A stretch of 64,000 bases of DNA from Paraspadella gotoi. Its lineage: Eukaryota > Animalia > Chaetognatha. The notes under the pieces are model-generated. The model made no database searches. It saw nothing but the letters and a program-made list of their open reading frames with translations, and was not told the origin of the DNA. The stretch lies in assembly GCA_051294375.1 (NCBI GenBank), contig CM119266.1, forward strand, positions 5,013,770 to 5,077,769, in the 5' to 3' direction. Position 1 is the first letter of the stretch, and each line of letters starts with the position of its first letter. A program made the translations under genes and the position numbers. Positions 63,521-64,000 of the stretch are shown here, one piece after another.

Positions 63521-63714
63521 AGAGAGAGGAGAGAAAAGAAAGAGAATAAATCCACGAAAATCTCGGATGAAAATATGGGATTTTGTATTGAAAAAAGCGC
63601 GGATAAATGGCAATAATAAAAAGTTTTTAGAAGGAAAAAAATAATCAGAATTTTTTCAAAAAACAAACGATCACGCAAAAGATCGGACAGATAGGGACAG
63701 ACACACAGAGAGAC

Positions 63715-63745
<31 letters not shown>

Positions 63746-64000
63746 CAGCCGCTGCAGAGAAAAGAGAAAGAGAAAGAGCGATATATAATAATTAAAAGAG
63801 AGAGAGAGAGAGAGAAGCTCTACAGCCCCTTTACTCGTTAAAGAATCAGCAGTACTTATGGCGCCGCACGTAGCGTGAGCTATCTCTATCCCAAAGGACC
63901 CGGTTTCGCCCTGTTCGTGGCGTCGTTTTTTACATTAGTGAACCCACATTATATCTAAAAAAAATTTTGTTAAAAAAAAAAAAAAAAAGAGAGAGAGAGA

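Noticed and set aside
61730-63678. ORFs rich in RPSV, DGRT, ER or SL repeats
   Set aside because: Translations of (GTCC)n and (GA)n microsatellites; the same applies to similar ORFs at 3361, 19532, 24826 and 43533.

Overview
AT-rich, intron-rich animal (probably invertebrate) genomic DNA with two small assembly gaps. The backbone is the 3' half of a Piezo mechanosensitive channel gene on the + strand (exons from 4154 to 58486; the 5' exons lie left of the window). After the shared cap exon ending at 54378, the pore-lining inner helix and C-terminal domain are encoded twice, by two diverged, frame-compatible sets of terminal exons (A: 54831-56175; B: 57530-58486) with different intron positions. 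This suggests alternative splicing swaps the ion pore, and it is the main finding. Five other protein-coding genes lie inside Piezo introns: an orphan with tandem LC8-type motifs (-), an MGNC-ankyrin-RING-RING E3 ligase (-), a discoidin-like/6xsushi membrane protein (-), EFHB (-), and a same-strand Kunitz-7xWAP-pseudoSOD-Kunitz secreted protein (+). A histidine acid phosphatase gene converges on the Piezo 3' end. Repeats include tRNA-derived SINEs, MITE/foldback elements, a HINE/DINE-like element and Penelope-type inverted repeats carrying minimal hammerhead motifs. All gene models were spliced and translated by eye and family assignments rest on remembered motifs, not database searches; exon coordinates may be off by a few bases.
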